Shown here: in pieces, positions 34,996 to 48,950 of the stretch
Layout: every line of letters begins with the position of its first letter
Position numbering within the stretch: position 1 is the first letter of the stretch
Assembly (NCBI RefSeq): GCF_000255295.1
Contig: NC_017030.1
Span: 6,358,328-6,422,327, forward strand
DNA: 64,000 nucleotides
DNA from: Corallococcus coralloides DSM 2259
Lineage (GTDB): Bacteria > Myxococcota > Myxococcia > Myxococcales > Myxococcaceae
Reading direction: 5' to 3'
Translations under genes and position numbers: made by a program
Notes under the pieces: model-generated
What the model saw: the letters and a program-made list of their open reading frames with translations, nothing else
Databases searched by the model: none
Told to the model about the DNA's origin: nothing

Positions 34996-37900
34996 CTACT
35001 GGGCCTTGTCCACGGTGAGCATCGTGCCCGTGGAGTACGCGGTGAACTCCGGCGCGTACATGGACTGCACCGTCGCCGGTCCCACGCGGAAGGTGCCCGC
35101 CATGTTCGCGCGCAGCCGGTACTTGAAGTTGTACTCACCGGCCGGCAGCGCTTCGAAGAAGAAGTTCGTCCCCGAGTCGCGCGTCTCCTCGTACCAGACG
35201 ATGCCCAGGTCCCACTTGTGGCGGGACTGCGCGTTCTCCGGCTCCAGGCCCGCGGCACGCGGATCCCTCAGGTGCACGTACTCCGCCGCGTGCTTCGTGC
35301 GCAGCGACAGCTGCACCTCCACCTCGTCGCCGGGCCGCAGTCGCGCGCCGTCGGACAGCGGGCGCAGCAGCGTCTGGTTGCCTTCGCGGATGCGCACGAA
35401 GTAGCGGCGCGACACCTGGAAGAAGTCACCGCGCTCCTCCTTGGGCAGCTGCTCCGTGGAGAAGTGCCACGTGGCGGACGCGATGGCGAAGCCCGGCGTC
35501 GTCTTCTCCACCACCGTGGTCGCCGTGGTGGCGTTCACCTCCGGACCGGGGACGACCACCTGGTTCTTCTTCCCCGTGTACACGTCCGGCGAGAAGCTCA
35601 TGGTCACCGCCTTGGAGCCCACCGTCACCTTCAGCTCCTCGCGCGCGGACAGCGAACCCTCCGCCTCCATGTAGTTCACCAGCGCGTAGAGGGCCTCCGC
35701 CGTGGCGCGCGTGGACTTCCAGTGGTTCACCTTCTTGTCCAGGAGCAGCCACTGCACCAGGCCCGCGCGGCGAGGGTCCTTCGGGCGCAGCTCCGACAGC
35801 GTGCGCAGCGCGAAGGCGTGCGTCTCCGTGGAGTCGTTGTACCAGAGCCAGCCGCGGTCCTCCGGCGCCCAGTACGTGCCCAGGTCCTGCGTCGTCTTCG
35901 CGGAGTCCATCACGCTGTCCCAGACCTTCTGCGCGTCCTTCGTGCGCTTCGACCGGTTCAACGTGAGCGCCAGGTACCCCTTGAGGTACGGCGAGTGCTC
36001 CTTCCAGTGCTTGAAGGAGAAGTCGAGCATGCGCTGCCGCTCGGCCGCCGTGAGCGCCTCGCCCGTGTAGCGCGCGTCCGGATACGCCGACGCCACGAAG
36101 TTGAGGAACGTGAGGAACTCCCAGCCCAGGTCCTTCTTCATCAGCCGGTTCGCGTAGTCGTCCCGGAAGTGCTTCGCCAGATAGCCCCACGCGGGCTCCG
36201 TCATGTTGGGTGACACCTCCACCCCGTGCTCCATGGCGCGCGACAGGCCGTGCAGGATGTAGAGCGTCATGTACGGCGACGACGGACCGCCCGGCCACCA
36301 GGGGAAGCCACCGTCCGCGTTCTGCGCCTTGCGCAGCTTCGCCTGCGAGGACACGCGCTGGGCCTGGGCCACCTTCGGGTCCAGCACGCGCAGGAGCGCC
36401 TCATCGTTTCCGGTCCCGCCCTTCGCCTCGTTGAGCCAGGGCGTCTCCTCCAGCGTCATCTTCCGGTTCGGGTCCACGTCGTCGAAGGTCTCGAAGCGCG
36501 TGCTGCGCTCGCTCAGGTCCTTGGCCACCTTCGCCACCGCCGGATACTTGGTGAAGAGGCTGGAGACGATGCCCGTGGACACGAAGCGGTTGAGCGTCTG
36601 CTCCGTGCACTCGTAGGGGTAGTCCACCAGGTACGGCAGCGCCTGAAGCACGGAGTAGAAGAGCTGCGCGTCCACCGTCACGACGAGCTGCTCGTTCACC
36701 CGCGTGGGGTCGTCCGACTTCTTCAGGTCCTCGAACGTCAGCGTCCGGCGGTCCTGGTTGTTCAGCATGGCGAAGCGCGACTGCGACAGGTGCATGCGGC
36801 CGGGCAGCACCGGCAGGGGCCGCAGCTCGCCGTCGCTGAACGCACCCGTCTTCGCGACCACTCGGAAGGCCACCGGCCCCACCCGCGCGGGCGTGGTGAT
36901 GGGGAAGCGCAGGTTCGTGCCCTTCCCCGCCGCCACCGTGAAGGCCTGCGAGGTCGTCTTCACGCCGAACTCCGCGAGCAGGCTCTTCTGCGTGTCCGGA
37001 TCCACGATGTCGAACGTGAGCTGGCCCTGCTGCGTCTGGGTCCCCGCGTTGTTCACCACGACCTCCAGCTCCGCGCGGTCGCCCTCGCGCAGGAAGCGCG
37101 GCAGGTACGGGCGCACCATCAGCTCCTTCACGCTGCGGGTGGCGCGCTGCGTGGAGCCCCCGCGCAAATCCCGCGTGAGCGCGTGCACCCAGACGTCCCA
37201 TGCCGTCACCGAGTCCGGCACCGTGAACTCCAGCACCGCCGCTCCGTCCGGCCCGGTGAGCAGCTGCGGAATCCAGAACGCCGTCTCCGCGAAGTTGGAG
37301 CGCAGCGGCCCCTCTGGCCCCTCCCCCGGTTCCGGAGCGCCGGGAGCGCCCTTGATGATCTGGATGATCTCCCGCCGCTTCTGCTCCAGCACCCGGCCGG
37401 GCTTCGGCGCGGACTCCGCGGCGGACGGCGCGGGCGACGGCGGCGGTGGCGGAGGCGGTGAAGCGTCCGATTCCCGCTGGACGGCCCCGGGCTTCGCGGC
37501 CATGGCGCGCATGCGGCGTCCGCCGTAGTAGCTGCGGTAGCCCGGACCGCCCAGCCCGTAGCCCTCGCCGAACTTCAGGGTGTCGTCGTTGAGATACGGC
37601 GCGGAGGGTCCTTCCCGGATGAGCTCGTCGAAGAGCCAGTCCGCGCCGGAGACGCCACCGGACGCCCGGAAGTCCATGTACACCGTCTGCTGCGGATACA
37701 GCTGCGCCACCTGCGGCGGCGTGTGCGGTCCGAAGACGTTGAGCGACTGATCGTACATGTACGCGAGCAGCTCCGCGGCCCCCGCCTCCAGCTTCGCGCC
37801 CTTCGGCCCCTTCACCGTCACGCGGAAGGTCTCCTTCGCGCCGGGCCGCAGCGTGTCGCGGAACGTGGCGAACTCCAGGCTGAGCTCCTTGTCATCGAAG

Positions 37901-40900
37901 GGCACGGCCACCGTCTGCTGGAAGCTCAGCGTCTGCCAGTCGCGCACCATCGAGAGCACCACCGTGAAGCCGCCGCGCAGGGCCTCCGTCACCGGAAGCT
38001 CCACCACCGCGCGCCCCTGCCCCGCCGTCAGCTGGCGGTGCTCGACGCGCTGGCGCCCCTGGTACACGTCCATCACCAGCGGCTGGCCCTCAAAGCCGGA
38101 GGCCACCATCAGCCGAGCCACCTCGCCCACGCGCACGGAAGCGCGCTCCGCCGCCAGCACCGCGGGCAACCCCGCCGGGGCGTGGGCCCCCGCCACCACG
38201 AAGTCCCGTTGCGCGGTGGCCTTCTGGCCGAACGCATCCGTCGTCTCGTAGCGCAGCCGGTACGTCCCCGCGCGCAGCGCCGGAAGCTTCACGGTGGCGA
38301 CACCGTCCGCGTCATGCGTCACCGCCGCCTGCGCCACCTCCGCGCCGTCGTCCCAGCGTCGCAGCGTCTGCTCCACGTCGTAGGCCGTGTCCCAGCGCCC
38401 CTTCTGCGCGTCGCCCGGCGTGGGCGAAGCCTCCTTGGCCGGCTGCGCGTCCGCGTCCAGGGGCTTCGGATTCTCCACCGGGACCTCCGACGGCATCAGC
38501 GGACGCCCCGGCGCCTTCAAGGCGATGAGCCGCCAGCGGCCCGGTCCGGCCTGCGGCGCGCCATCCAGGTTCGAGCGCACGAGCCGCACCTCCGACGGGA
38601 AGTCCTCGCGGACGAAGCCCACGTCGGAGTCCACGCGGCCCTCCACCGACACGAAGCCCAGGCGGAAGGCCCGGCTCGCGGAGCGCGTCTCGCCGCCCTC
38701 GTCCGTCAGGTCCGCCTCCACGCGGTAGCGCCACGACATGCCCTGCGCCTTCGCGAGCCGCTCGTCCGCTTCCGGGGTGAACGCCACCGTGAAGCCGCCG
38801 TCCTCGCCCACCGTCGCCGTCCCGGAGGCCACCAGCTCCGTGGTGGCCGGGATGCGCTCCCAGAACCACCAGCGCGGCAGCACCGGCTCGCGCGACACGC
38901 GCCACTTCACCGCGCCGCGCGTCACCGGCAGGCCGAAGTAGTAGCGGGCCTCGCCCTTGAACGTCGCGCGCCGGTTGAGCCGCAGCGCTTCCGGCGCGTC
39001 CTTCAGCGTCACCTCGAAGGTGGGCCGCTTGTACTCCTCCACGCGCACGGCCGCGTAGCCGTTGGGGCTCGTGCGCACCGTCCACTGGCCCAGGGGCCGC
39101 CCCGAAGGAATGTCGAACTCGCCCGCCACCGAGCCGAACGTGTTGGTGCGGGCCTCGCGCTTGGACACCTCCTGGCCGTTGGGGTCGATGAGCGACACCG
39201 TCACCGCCGAATTTGGCAGGACGCGGTAGCGCTTGGACACCTCCTCCGGACGGTAGGCCACCACCTTCCACAGCAGCTTCTGCTGGGGCCGGTAGACGGC
39301 GCGGTCCGTGTAGATGAGCGTCTGGTCCTGCGGGCCCCACTCGTGAGGGGTGGACAGGTACAGCGAGCCCGGGAGCACCATCACGCCCTTGCCCCGGCCA
39401 AACACCAGCTCCAGGTCCTCGTAGCGGTTGGCGTCCGTGCCCGTGAGCACCAGGTCGCCGTTCGCGTCGGTGCGGCGGCTGACGATGCTGTAGCGGCGGG
39501 TGCTGTAGTCCGACTTCACCAACCGCACCTCCACGTTCGGAGCCCCCGCCCCCGTGGCGCCGTCCACCACGTGGACCTCCGCCTGGTTGGGGTTCGCCTT
39601 GCGCACCGTCACCGCCCACGGCGACACGGACATCCGCAGGGAGAGGATCCGGCTGTTCTTCTTCGCGAAGTCCTCACGCGTGGACATCGCGATGATGTAC
39701 GCGCCCGCCTTGAGCGCCGGCGGGGTCACGAACGTCTGGTGCCGCTGGAAGTCCGGCGTGGGAGGCAGCGCCGCGCTCCACGTGGCCTCCGGCTTGCGCG
39801 ACGCCACCATGCGGAGCATCTCCTCGGTGGAGGGGAACAGCGACAGGTCCTCGCTGGGCTTCGCGAGCCGGGCCTCCACATCCACCGGGTACGCCCGGAA
39901 GTACACCGTGGCCACGTTGCGGTGGCCCACCAGGATGGAGCGCTTGCCCGGCCCGTCCACCTGCATCCCGGTTGCGTAGAGCTCCGGCGCCTCCAGCCTC
40001 GCCACCAGCACCGCGCACTGCACGCCACCCACCGACTTCGGCCACGCCTCCGCGCCCGCCTTCGCCAGGGAATGCGCGGTGATGGCGCGGCCCGCCGTCT
40101 CCTCCATCTCCGCGAGCTGGTGCTGGCCCTTGGACCACCACGGCACGTCCCGGAAGCCCTTCAGGTGCGCGGCCAGGTGCTCCCGGATCCGCCGCAGGTC
40201 CGCGGCGTCCTTGAACGACGTCGACAGCACCTCGTAGCGCCGCAGCCGCGCCTCCAGCGCCGCCTCACGCCGGCCCGCCGCCTGGTGCCAGGCCTCCAGG
40301 TCCCCCAACACCGCCGCCACCTTCATCAGCGGGTGCGCGGAAGGGTCCTTCAGCTCCACCTTCGGCGTGCCCTCCAGGAGCGCGCCCAGGTCCAGCCGGT
40401 ACACGCCCTGCTCCTGCTCCGGGCGCCACAGGTCCGTGTCGTCCAGCGAGTCCACCCACAGGTACGTCACCGCGTCGCGTACCGTGGAGCGGATGCCCTC
40501 CGGATACGTGTTCGGCTGGATGTACTCGGACAGCCCCTTCACGGGCTCGGTGCCGAACTTCTGCCGCGACTCCCAGACGGCGGCGTACGTGCGCTGGATC
40601 TCCGCCGAAATCTGATCCTTCGTCCACGCCTTCAGGTCCACCGGCCCGGAGGACACCACCTGCTCGCGCTGGCCAATCTCGTAGCTGTACGCCTGCTGGT
40701 AGCTCGCGAGCACCGCCGCGTAGAACAGGTGGAGCGTGGCCTGCTGCCGCAGCCCCTCCGGCCAGGGCTGCTCGCGCAGGAAGCGCACCGTCGTCTCATA
40801 GCCGTGCAGCCGCGTGCGCAGCTGCACCGTGCGCACCAGCGCGCGCGTCCACTCGTCCGCGTCACCCTGGGCCTTCGCCGCGGCGAGCCGGGCCTCGGCC

Positions 40901-41064
40901 CCCTGCGCGGCGGACTCGACCTTGTCGTCCTCGACGAGCGCGTCGATGGCCTTCCACGTCGGAGGGGCCTTCGCTGCGGGGGCCGCCACGGACACGGAGG
41001 ACAGCGCTAGGGACAGCAGACACAGGACGACGGCGGCGGTACGCGGGCGCGGTGGAGAAGACAT
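34996..41064 (-). CDS. Bacterial alpha-2-macroglobulin family protein (2022 aa)
   Basis: Signal peptide. Thioester-region motif DYPYECTEQTLNRF (CxEQ). Overall A2M/MG-domain layout and size. Antisense ORF 37723..41010 rejected. Confidence 0.85.
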   Translation of the reverse strand: MSSPPRPRTAAVVLCLLSLALSSVSVAAPAAKAPPTWKAIDALVEDDKVESAAQGAEARLAAAKAQGDADEWTRALVRTVQLRTRLHGYETTVRFLREQPWPEGLRQQATLHLFYAAVLASYQQAYSYEIGQREQVVSSGPVDLKAWTKDQISAEIQRTYAAVWESRQKFGTEPVKGLSEYIQPNTYPEGIRSTVRDAVTYLWVDSLDDTDLWRPEQEQGVYRLDLGALLEGTPKVELKDPSAHPLMKVAAVLGDLEAWHQAAGRREAALEARLRRYEVLSTSFKDAADLRRIREHLAAHLKGFRDVPWWSKGQHQLAEMEETAGRAITAHSLAKAGAEAWPKSVGGVQCAVLVARLEAPELYATGMQVDGPGKRSILVGHRNVATVYFRAYPVDVEARLAKPSEDLSLFPSTEEMLRMVASRKPEATWSAALPPTPDFQRHQTFVTPPALKAGAYIIAMSTREDFAKKNSRILSLRMSVSPWAVTVRKANPNQAEVHVVDGATGAGAPNVEVRLVKSDYSTRRYSIVSRRTDANGDLVLTGTDANRYEDLELVFGRGKGVMVLPGSLYLSTPHEWGPQDQTLIYTDRAVYRPQQKLLWKVVAYRPEEVSKRYRVLPNSAVTVSLIDPNGQEVSKREARTNTFGSVAGEFDIPSGRPLGQWTVRTSPNGYAAVRVEEYKRPTFEVTLKDAPEALRLNRRATFKGEARYYFGLPVTRGAVKWRVSREPVLPRWWFWERIPATTELVASGTATVGEDGGFTVAFTPEADERLAKAQGMSWRYRVEADLTDEGGETRSASRAFRLGFVSVEGRVDSDVGFVREDFPSEVRLVRSNLDGAPQAGPGRWRLIALKAPGRPLMPSEVPVENPKPLDADAQPAKEASPTPGDAQKGRWDTAYDVEQTLRRWDDGAEVAQAAVTHDADGVATVKLPALRAGTYRLRYETTDAFGQKATAQRDFVVAGAHAPAGLPAVLAAERASVRVGEVARLMVASGFEGQPLVMDVYQGRQRVEHRQLTAGQGRAVVELPVTEALRGGFTVVLSMVRDWQTLSFQQTVAVPFDDKELSLEFATFRDTLRPGAKETFRVTVKGPKGAKLEAGAAELLAYMYDQSLNVFGPHTPPQVAQLYPQQTVYMDFRASGGVSGADWLFDELIREGPSAPYLNDDTLKFGEGYGLGGPGYRSYYGGRRMRAMAAKPGAVQRESDASPPPPPPPSPAPSAAESAPKPGRVLEQKRREIIQIIKGAPGAPEPGEGPEGPLRSNFAETAFWIPQLLTGPDGAAVLEFTVPDSVTAWDVWVHALTRDLRGGSTQRATRSVKELMVRPYLPRFLREGDRAELEVVVNNAGTQTQQGQLTFDIVDPDTQKSLLAEFGVKTTSQAFTVAAGKGTNLRFPITTPARVGPVAFRVVAKTGAFSDGELRPLPVLPGRMHLSQSRFAMLNNQDRRTLTFEDLKKSDDPTRVNEQLVVTVDAQLFYSVLQALPYLVDYPYECTEQTLNRFVSTGIVSSLFTKYPAVAKVAKDLSERSTRFETFDDVDPNRKMTLEETPWLNEAKGGTGNDEALLRVLDPKVAQAQRVSSQAKLRKAQNADGGFPWWPGGPSSPYMTLYILHGLSRAMEHGVEVSPNMTEPAWGYLAKHFRDDYANRLMKKDLGWEFLTFLNFVASAYPDARYTGEALTAAERQRMLDFSFKHWKEHSPYLKGYLALTLNRSKRTKDAQKVWDSVMDSAKTTQDLGTYWAPEDRGWLWYNDSTETHAFALRTLSELRPKDPRRAGLVQWLLLDKKVNHWKSTRATAEALYALVNYMEAEGSLSAREELKVTVGSKAVTMSFSPDVYTGKKNQVVVPGPEVNATTATTVVEKTTPGFAIASATWHFSTEQLPKEERGDFFQVSRRYFVRIREGNQTLLRPLSDGARLRPGDEVEVQLSLRTKHAAEYVHLRDPRAAGLEPENAQSRHKWDLGIVWYEETRDSGTNFFFEALPAGEYNFKYRLRANMAGTFRVGPATVQSMYAPEFTAYSTGTMLTVDKAQ

Positions 41065-41115
41065 AGGGGCGGCACTCTAGACGCCGCCCGCGCCCGTGGC
41101 GTTCCCTTCGCTGTT

Positions 41116-41736
41116 TCAGGTCGCCGCAGGCGCCGGGGCCCGGCGCCGCAGCCCCACCACGTAGACCTCCATGCTGGCGCCGCGCGTGGCCTCCGGACGG
41201 ACGATCTTCACCTCTTCGAAGTGATTGCGCACCTCGTCACGGAAGGCCTCGAAGTCGCCCCCCATGAAGACCTTGGCCACGAACGTGGCGCCGGGCCGGC
41301 CGCGCGTGGCGGCCACCTCCAGCGCCTTGCCCGCGAGCCGCAGGCTGCGCGCCTCGTCCGTGCCCTTGATGCCGGACGTCTTGGGCGCCATGTCGGAGAT
41401 GACCGCGTCGTAGGGACCGTCGTACAGCGCGGCCAGCTTCGCGTCGAAGTCGTCCGCGAGCACGTCCAGCACCGCCGTCGTCACCCACTTCTGGGAGAAG
41501 GGCCGGATGGCCGCGATGTCCACGCCGATGACGCGCCCATTCATCCCCACCGCGTCCGCCAATATCTGGAGGAACCCGCCCGGCGCCGCGCCCAGATCCA
41601 GCACCGCCGCGCCCTTCTTCACGGACCCGGGGAAGCGCTTGAGGATCTCATCGACCTTGAACGCGGAACGCGCGCGCAGTCCCTCTTGCTTGGCTTTCTG
41701 GAAATAGTGGTCTTTAGGACGGTAGGGCTTGCCCAT
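41116..41736 (-). CDS. rlmE: 23S rRNA (uridine-2'-O)-methyltransferase RlmE/FtsJ
   Basis: RSAFKVDEILKRF, SAM-binding VLDLGAAPGGF, DVISDMAP. Start at MGKPYRP. Confidence 0.85.
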   Translation of the reverse strand: MGKPYRPKDHYFQKAKQEGLRARSAFKVDEILKRFPGSVKKGAAVLDLGAAPGGFLQILADAVGMNGRVIGVDIAAIRPFSQKWVTTAVLDVLADDFDAKLAALYDGPYDAVISDMAPKTSGIKGTDEARSLRLAGKALEVAATRGRPGATFVAKVFMGGDFEAFRDEVRNHFEEVKIVRPEATRGASMEVYVVGLRRRAPAPAAT

Positions 41737-41838
41737 GTCAGAAGCCGTCCCTAGCATCCGCTACTGTCTTCGGAAAGCCGGAGCAGTCGCGGCCTGTTGG
41801 CTGGCCGCGCCCACGGACTTCGCCGGAGGGTTGGTGGC

Positions 41839-42246
41839 ATGGGCACCCGGAGCGTGACAGCGGCCTTGTGCATCTCCCTGCTCTTCGCGGGCGGGGCGGC
41901 GTTCTGCTACGCGCGCGCGGAGGCCCTGCAGGCGGAAGGGCGCTGGCTGATGGCCCGGGGCAGCGCCCAGGCCTCCGACTTCGCCCAGAAGCTGGACGGC
42001 ACCTCCGTGGACGCCCAGCTGAAGACCTTCAAGGAACGCCGCGGCGTGATGGAGCAGGCCCACCGCTGGCAGCGCGGCATGCTGCTGGGCATCATGGCCG
42101 CCGTCCTGTCCGGCCTGTCCGCCTACGTCCTCTTCCTCCTCAAGCGGCTGGACGACCAGCTCCTGGACGCCACCGGCGAGCTGCGCCGGCCCCAGGAAGC
42201 CTCCTCCCTGCCCGCCCCGGCGTTCGCGCCCAGCGTCCAGCGCTAG
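41839..42246 (+). CDS. Hypothetical two-TM membrane protein
   Basis: Two hydrophobic helices (AALCISLLFAGGAAFCY, GMLLGIMAAVLSGLSAYVLFLL). ORF begins at 41797; ATG at 41839 preferred. Confidence 0.45.
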   Translation: MGTRSVTAALCISLLFAGGAAFCYARAEALQAEGRWLMARGSAQASDFAQKLDGTSVDAQLKTFKERRGVMEQAHRWQRGMLLGIMAAVLSGLSAYVLFLLKRLDDQLLDATGELRRPQEASSLPAPAFAPSVQR

Positions 42247-42297
42247 GCGGGACTCTGGCAGGATGCCCCCCGTTGGCTTCTGACGGGGAGGACCGCC

Positions 42298-42585
42298 ATG
42301 CCCGGCTGCGCGCACTGCGGACACGCACTCGACATCATCGCGAATCAGGTGGGCCGGCGCGACACGTGTCCCGGCTGTGAAGAGGACCTGCGCTCGTGCC
42401 GCAACTGCCGGCACTTCGACGAGTCCGTGGCCAAGGCCTGCAAGGAGCCCTTCGCGGAAGTGCCCCGCGACAAGGACGAGGCCAACTTCTGCGAGCTCTT
42501 CCAGCTGGGCGAAGGCGGCCTGCACCAGAAGGCCTCGCGCGACGCGATGCTCAGCGCCGCGGAGGCCCTCTTCGGCAGGAAGTAG
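42298..42585 (+). CDS. Small Cys-rich zinc-ribbon protein
   Basis: CxxC...CxxC...CxxC spacing (CAHCGH, CPGCEE, CRNCRH, CELF). Confidence 0.5.
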   Translation: MPGCAHCGHALDIIANQVGRRDTCPGCEEDLRSCRNCRHFDESVAKACKEPFAEVPRDKDEANFCELFQLGEGGLHQKASRDAMLSAAEALFGRK

Positions 42586-43725
42586 CTAGAAGCCGTACAG
42601 CTTGGAGATGATCTCCTTCATCACCTCGGAGGTGCCGCCGCCGATGGTGATGAGCCGCACGTCGCGCCACATGCGCGCGATGGGCGTCTCCTCGATGTAG
42701 CCCATGCCTCCGAAGAACTGCTGGCAGTCGTAGGCCACGCGCTGGGCCAGGTCTCCGGCGAACAGCTTCGCCATGGAGATCTCCTTCACCGGGTTCTCCT
42801 TCCGGTCGTAGAGGTCCACCGCGTAGTAGTTGAGCCGCCGCGCCGCCTCCACCGCCGTCAGGTGCTCCACGAACTTGTGGCGCCACACCTGGAACTTGAT
42901 GAGGGGCCGGCCGAACGCCTCGCGCTCGTTGCCGTACTGGAGGGCGTCCTCCAGCATCCGGTCCATGCCGCCCACCGTGGTGATGGCGCCCACCAGGCGC
43001 TCACCCTGGAAGTTGGTCATGATGTGGTAGAAGCCCTGGTTCTCCTCGCCCAGCACGTAGCGCGCGGGGATGCGGCAGTCCTCGAAGTAGAGGATGGCCG
43101 TGTCCGAGGACAGGTTGCCAATCTTGTCCAGCTTCTTGGAGATGCTGAACCCCTTCACGTCCGTGGGGAACGTCACCAGGGAGATGCCGCCGTAGCCCTG
43201 CTCACCGGTGCGCACCGCCAGCGTGATGAAGTCCGCGCGCGTGCCGTTGGTGATCCACATCTTGGAGCCGTTGATGACGTAGTCGTCACCGTCCCGGCGC
43301 GCCGTCGTCTTGATGCTCGCCACGTCCGAGCCGCACCCCGGCTCGCTCACGCCCAGCGCCGCGATGCGGTCGCCCTTGAGCGCGGGCTCCAGGAACTCGC
43401 GCTTCTGCTCGTCGGTACCAATCTCGTTGATGATGGGCGTGGCCATCTGGCTCTGCACCAGGAGCGCCATGTTCACGCCCGCGTTGCGGCTGCGCGACAG
43501 CTCCTCCGCGAACGCCGTCACGTACCAGTAGTCCAGGCCGCTGCCGCCGAACTTCGGGTCGTGGTTGATGCCCAGGAAGCCCAGCTCGCCGCACTTCTTG
43601 AACAGCTCGCGCGGGAAGATGCCTGCCCGGTCCCACTCCAGACCGTAGGGCGCCATCTCCTTCTCCACGAAGGCGCGCACCGACCTGCGAAACGCCTCGT
43701 GCTCCTCGGTGAACGGATTGAGCAT
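42586..43725 (-). CDS. Acyl-CoA dehydrogenase
   Basis: Full-length ACAD pattern ([15 protein letters not shown]-terminal catalytic Glu region IYEGTSEI-like [13 protein letters not shown]). Confidence 0.9.
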   Translation of the reverse strand: MLNPFTEEHEAFRRSVRAFVEKEMAPYGLEWDRAGIFPRELFKKCGELGFLGINHDPKFGGSGLDYWYVTAFAEELSRSRNAGVNMALLVQSQMATPIINEIGTDEQKREFLEPALKGDRIAALGVSEPGCGSDVASIKTTARRDGDDYVINGSKMWITNGTRADFITLAVRTGEQGYGGISLVTFPTDVKGFSISKKLDKIGNLSSDTAILYFEDCRIPARYVLGEENQGFYHIMTNFQGERLVGAITTVGGMDRMLEDALQYGNEREAFGRPLIKFQVWRHKFVEHLTAVEAARRLNYYAVDLYDRKENPVKEISMAKLFAGDLAQRVAYDCQQFFGGMGYIEETPIARMWRDVRLITIGGGTSEVMKEIISKLYGF

Positions 43726-43955
43726 CGCGAGTCCTTAAGGGGTTGTCCCGCTGTGGGTTGATTCGCGAGTCAATAACAGGCCCCTGGCGTCAGCCACAAG
43801 CAACGCTCCGCGTCCCCACCCCGCCCGACGCTCGCCTTCCTGGTGACGCAGCGCGACGGCAGCGGTGTTGTGAAGAAGATTGAAGGCCTGGAGGGCAGGC
43901 GGCCAACCCCGCGGGATGACTGGGGAGTGGATAGTCCGCACTCCGGAGTATCCTC

Positions 43956-43990
43956 TTGACAGATAATCGAGTGTCGGTAATTTCTAGCCC
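43956..43990 (+). promoter_or_regulatory. Sigma70-like promoter candidate for the RND efflux operon
   Basis: Low-GC island with TTGACA, a 16-bp spacer and TAATTT, about 70 bp upstream of the adaptor gene. Confidence 0.3.
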
Positions 43991-44058
43991 ACAAAGAATT
44001 AGCCGGAGCAGGTGCCAGGGCGGGTGTCCCGCCGGCGACCCGGCAGGAGTTCGGACGC

Positions 44059-45159
44059 GTGAATCAGCGAATCTTGGCTGCCGTGGTGGCCGTGGCGGTG
44101 TCGACGGCGGGGTGCTCGAAGGCGGGCGCGGAGAAGGCGCAGCTTCCGGCGCAGCAGGAAGGCTCCAACGCGCTGGGCGTCAAGGCCATCACTCCGGCCA
44201 CGGAGCTGGAGCAGAACGTGACGCGCGTCACGGGCCAGGTCCGCTCCAAGCAGGAGGCCGTCCTGGGTCCCCAGGCGACGGGCACGCTCGCGAAGGTGAA
44301 CGTCCGGGTGGGCGACAAGGTGAAGAAGGGCGACGTGCTGGCGCAGCTGGACACGTCCAACGTCTCCATCGCAGTGGATCAGGCGAAGGCGGCCAAGGAC
44401 ATGGCGGAGGCCGCGCTGCAGCTGGCCACCAGCAACCTGGAGCGCACGCGCAAGGTCGCCGAGTCCGGCGGCGTCGCGGCCAACGCGCTGGAGCAGGCGG
44501 AGATTGGCCAGAAGCAGGCCGCGGCCCAGGCGGCCCAGGCCGGCGCGGCGTACCGGCTGGCGGTGGAGAACCTGCGCGACCACAGCATCATCGCGCCCTT
44601 CAACGGCATCATCACCGCGCGCACCAAGAACGTGGGTGACTCCGTGGCGATGACGCCCTCCACCCCGGTGTTCTCCATCGTGGACACGGACGGGCTGGAG
44701 ATCCGGATGATGGTGCCGGAGTCCGTCATCGACAACGTGACGCCGGGCACCGTGACGCCGGGCACCGTGAACCCCAGCGGCATGCGCTTCGAGGCGAAGG
44801 TGGCCAACGTGGGCGCCGTCATCGACGCGCAGAGCCGCACCGTGGAGGTGCTGGCGGACGTGACGGGCAAGACGGAGCACCCGCTGCGCCCCGGCGCGCT
44901 GGTGGAGATGGACTTCTCCAAGGCCGGGGGCGACGTGGGCAACGGCCTGTTCCTGCCGGCGCAGGCCGTCAGCAGCAAGGGCCAGGATGGCTTCGTGTGG
45001 GTGGTGCAGGACGGCACCGTGCGCAAGCGCGACGTGCGCGTGCAGCGCGTGCTGCCCGGCTACGTGAAGGTGCTGCAGGGCCTGACGGCGGAGGAGCGCG
45101 TGCTCGCCGACGCCTCGCTGGACGTCAAGGAGGGGACCGCGGTGCGCGTCGCGCAGTAG
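44059..45159 (+). CDS. RND efflux periplasmic adaptor subunit (HlyD/MFP family, lipoprotein)
   Basis: Lipobox VSTAGC. Biotinyl/lipoyl-like half-motifs. Alpha-hairpin and beta-barrel MFP layout. GTG start. Confidence 0.85.
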   Translation: MNQRILAAVVAVAVSTAGCSKAGAEKAQLPAQQEGSNALGVKAITPATELEQNVTRVTGQVRSKQEAVLGPQATGTLAKVNVRVGDKVKKGDVLAQLDTSNVSIAVDQAKAAKDMAEAALQLATSNLERTRKVAESGGVAANALEQAEIGQKQAAAQAAQAGAAYRLAVENLRDHSIIAPFNGIITARTKNVGDSVAMTPSTPVFSIVDTDGLEIRMMVPESVIDNVTPGTVTPGTVNPSGMRFEAKVANVGAVIDAQSRTVEVLADVTGKTEHPLRPGALVEMDFSKAGGDVGNGLFLPAQAVSSKGQDGFVWVVQDGTVRKRDVRVQRVLPGYVKVLQGLTAEERVLADASLDVKEGTAVRVAQ

Positions 45160-45197
45160 CGGTCCCTGCCCTCCCCTCTTCTTCCCTGGGTATCTGA

Positions 45198-48346
<3,149 letters not shown>

Positions 48347-48347
<1 letters not shown>

Positions 48348-48910
48348 TGCGCCGCCCCACCTCCATCACCTCCCCCTCGGAGTCCGAAGTGCGCTCCGAG
48401 GGGAAGGACGAGGCCGCTGACGAGAAGGCCATGATGGAGCGCCTGCTCCAGGAAGGGGACCAGTCCACGCCGGACTCACGCCGCTTCATGGGGCTCATCC
48501 GGGAGCTGGCCCACTTCCGCTCCCTGAGAGACCCGCTGGCGAGCCTCTGCGACGACATGCGGCTGACCCCCACCCAGGTGCACGCGCTTGGGTGGCTGGG
48601 CATGGACGGCCCCATCCAGGTGGGGGTGCTGGCGCAGCGCATCGGCATCACCAAGAAGACCATCACCGGCGTGGTGGACCGCCTGGAGGACATGGGCATG
48701 GTGGAGCGCGGCCGGGACGCGGAGGACCGCCGCGCCGTCACCGCGAAGCTCACCGACCGGGGATGTGAAATCTACAAGGTCATCCAGCTGATGACGGACG
48801 CGGGCATCCGGCGGTTGATGGGCCTGCTTCCCGAGGATGACCGCGAGGCGCTGTTCGGCATCATCGAGCGGATGCTCGCCCGGATGAAGGCGAGCGCCCC
48901 GCAGCGCTGA
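48347..48910 (+). CDS. MarR-family transcriptional regulator
   Basis: wHTH (LTPTQVHALGWL...QRIGITKKTITGVVDRLEDMGMVER). ATG overlaps the permease stop. Confidence 0.8.
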
Positions 48911-48950
48911 AGACGGCACCCAGGTGCGTGGACGGGCGCGGGCTGCGACA

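Noticed and set aside
37723-41010. 1095-aa plus-strand ORF
   Set aside because: Antisense to the alpha-2-macroglobulin gene. His/Arg/Leu junk composition.
43770-43994. 74-aa ORF in the efflux promoter region
   Set aside because: Lies in a low-GC regulatory island with an odd Cys/Arg composition. More likely promoter DNA.
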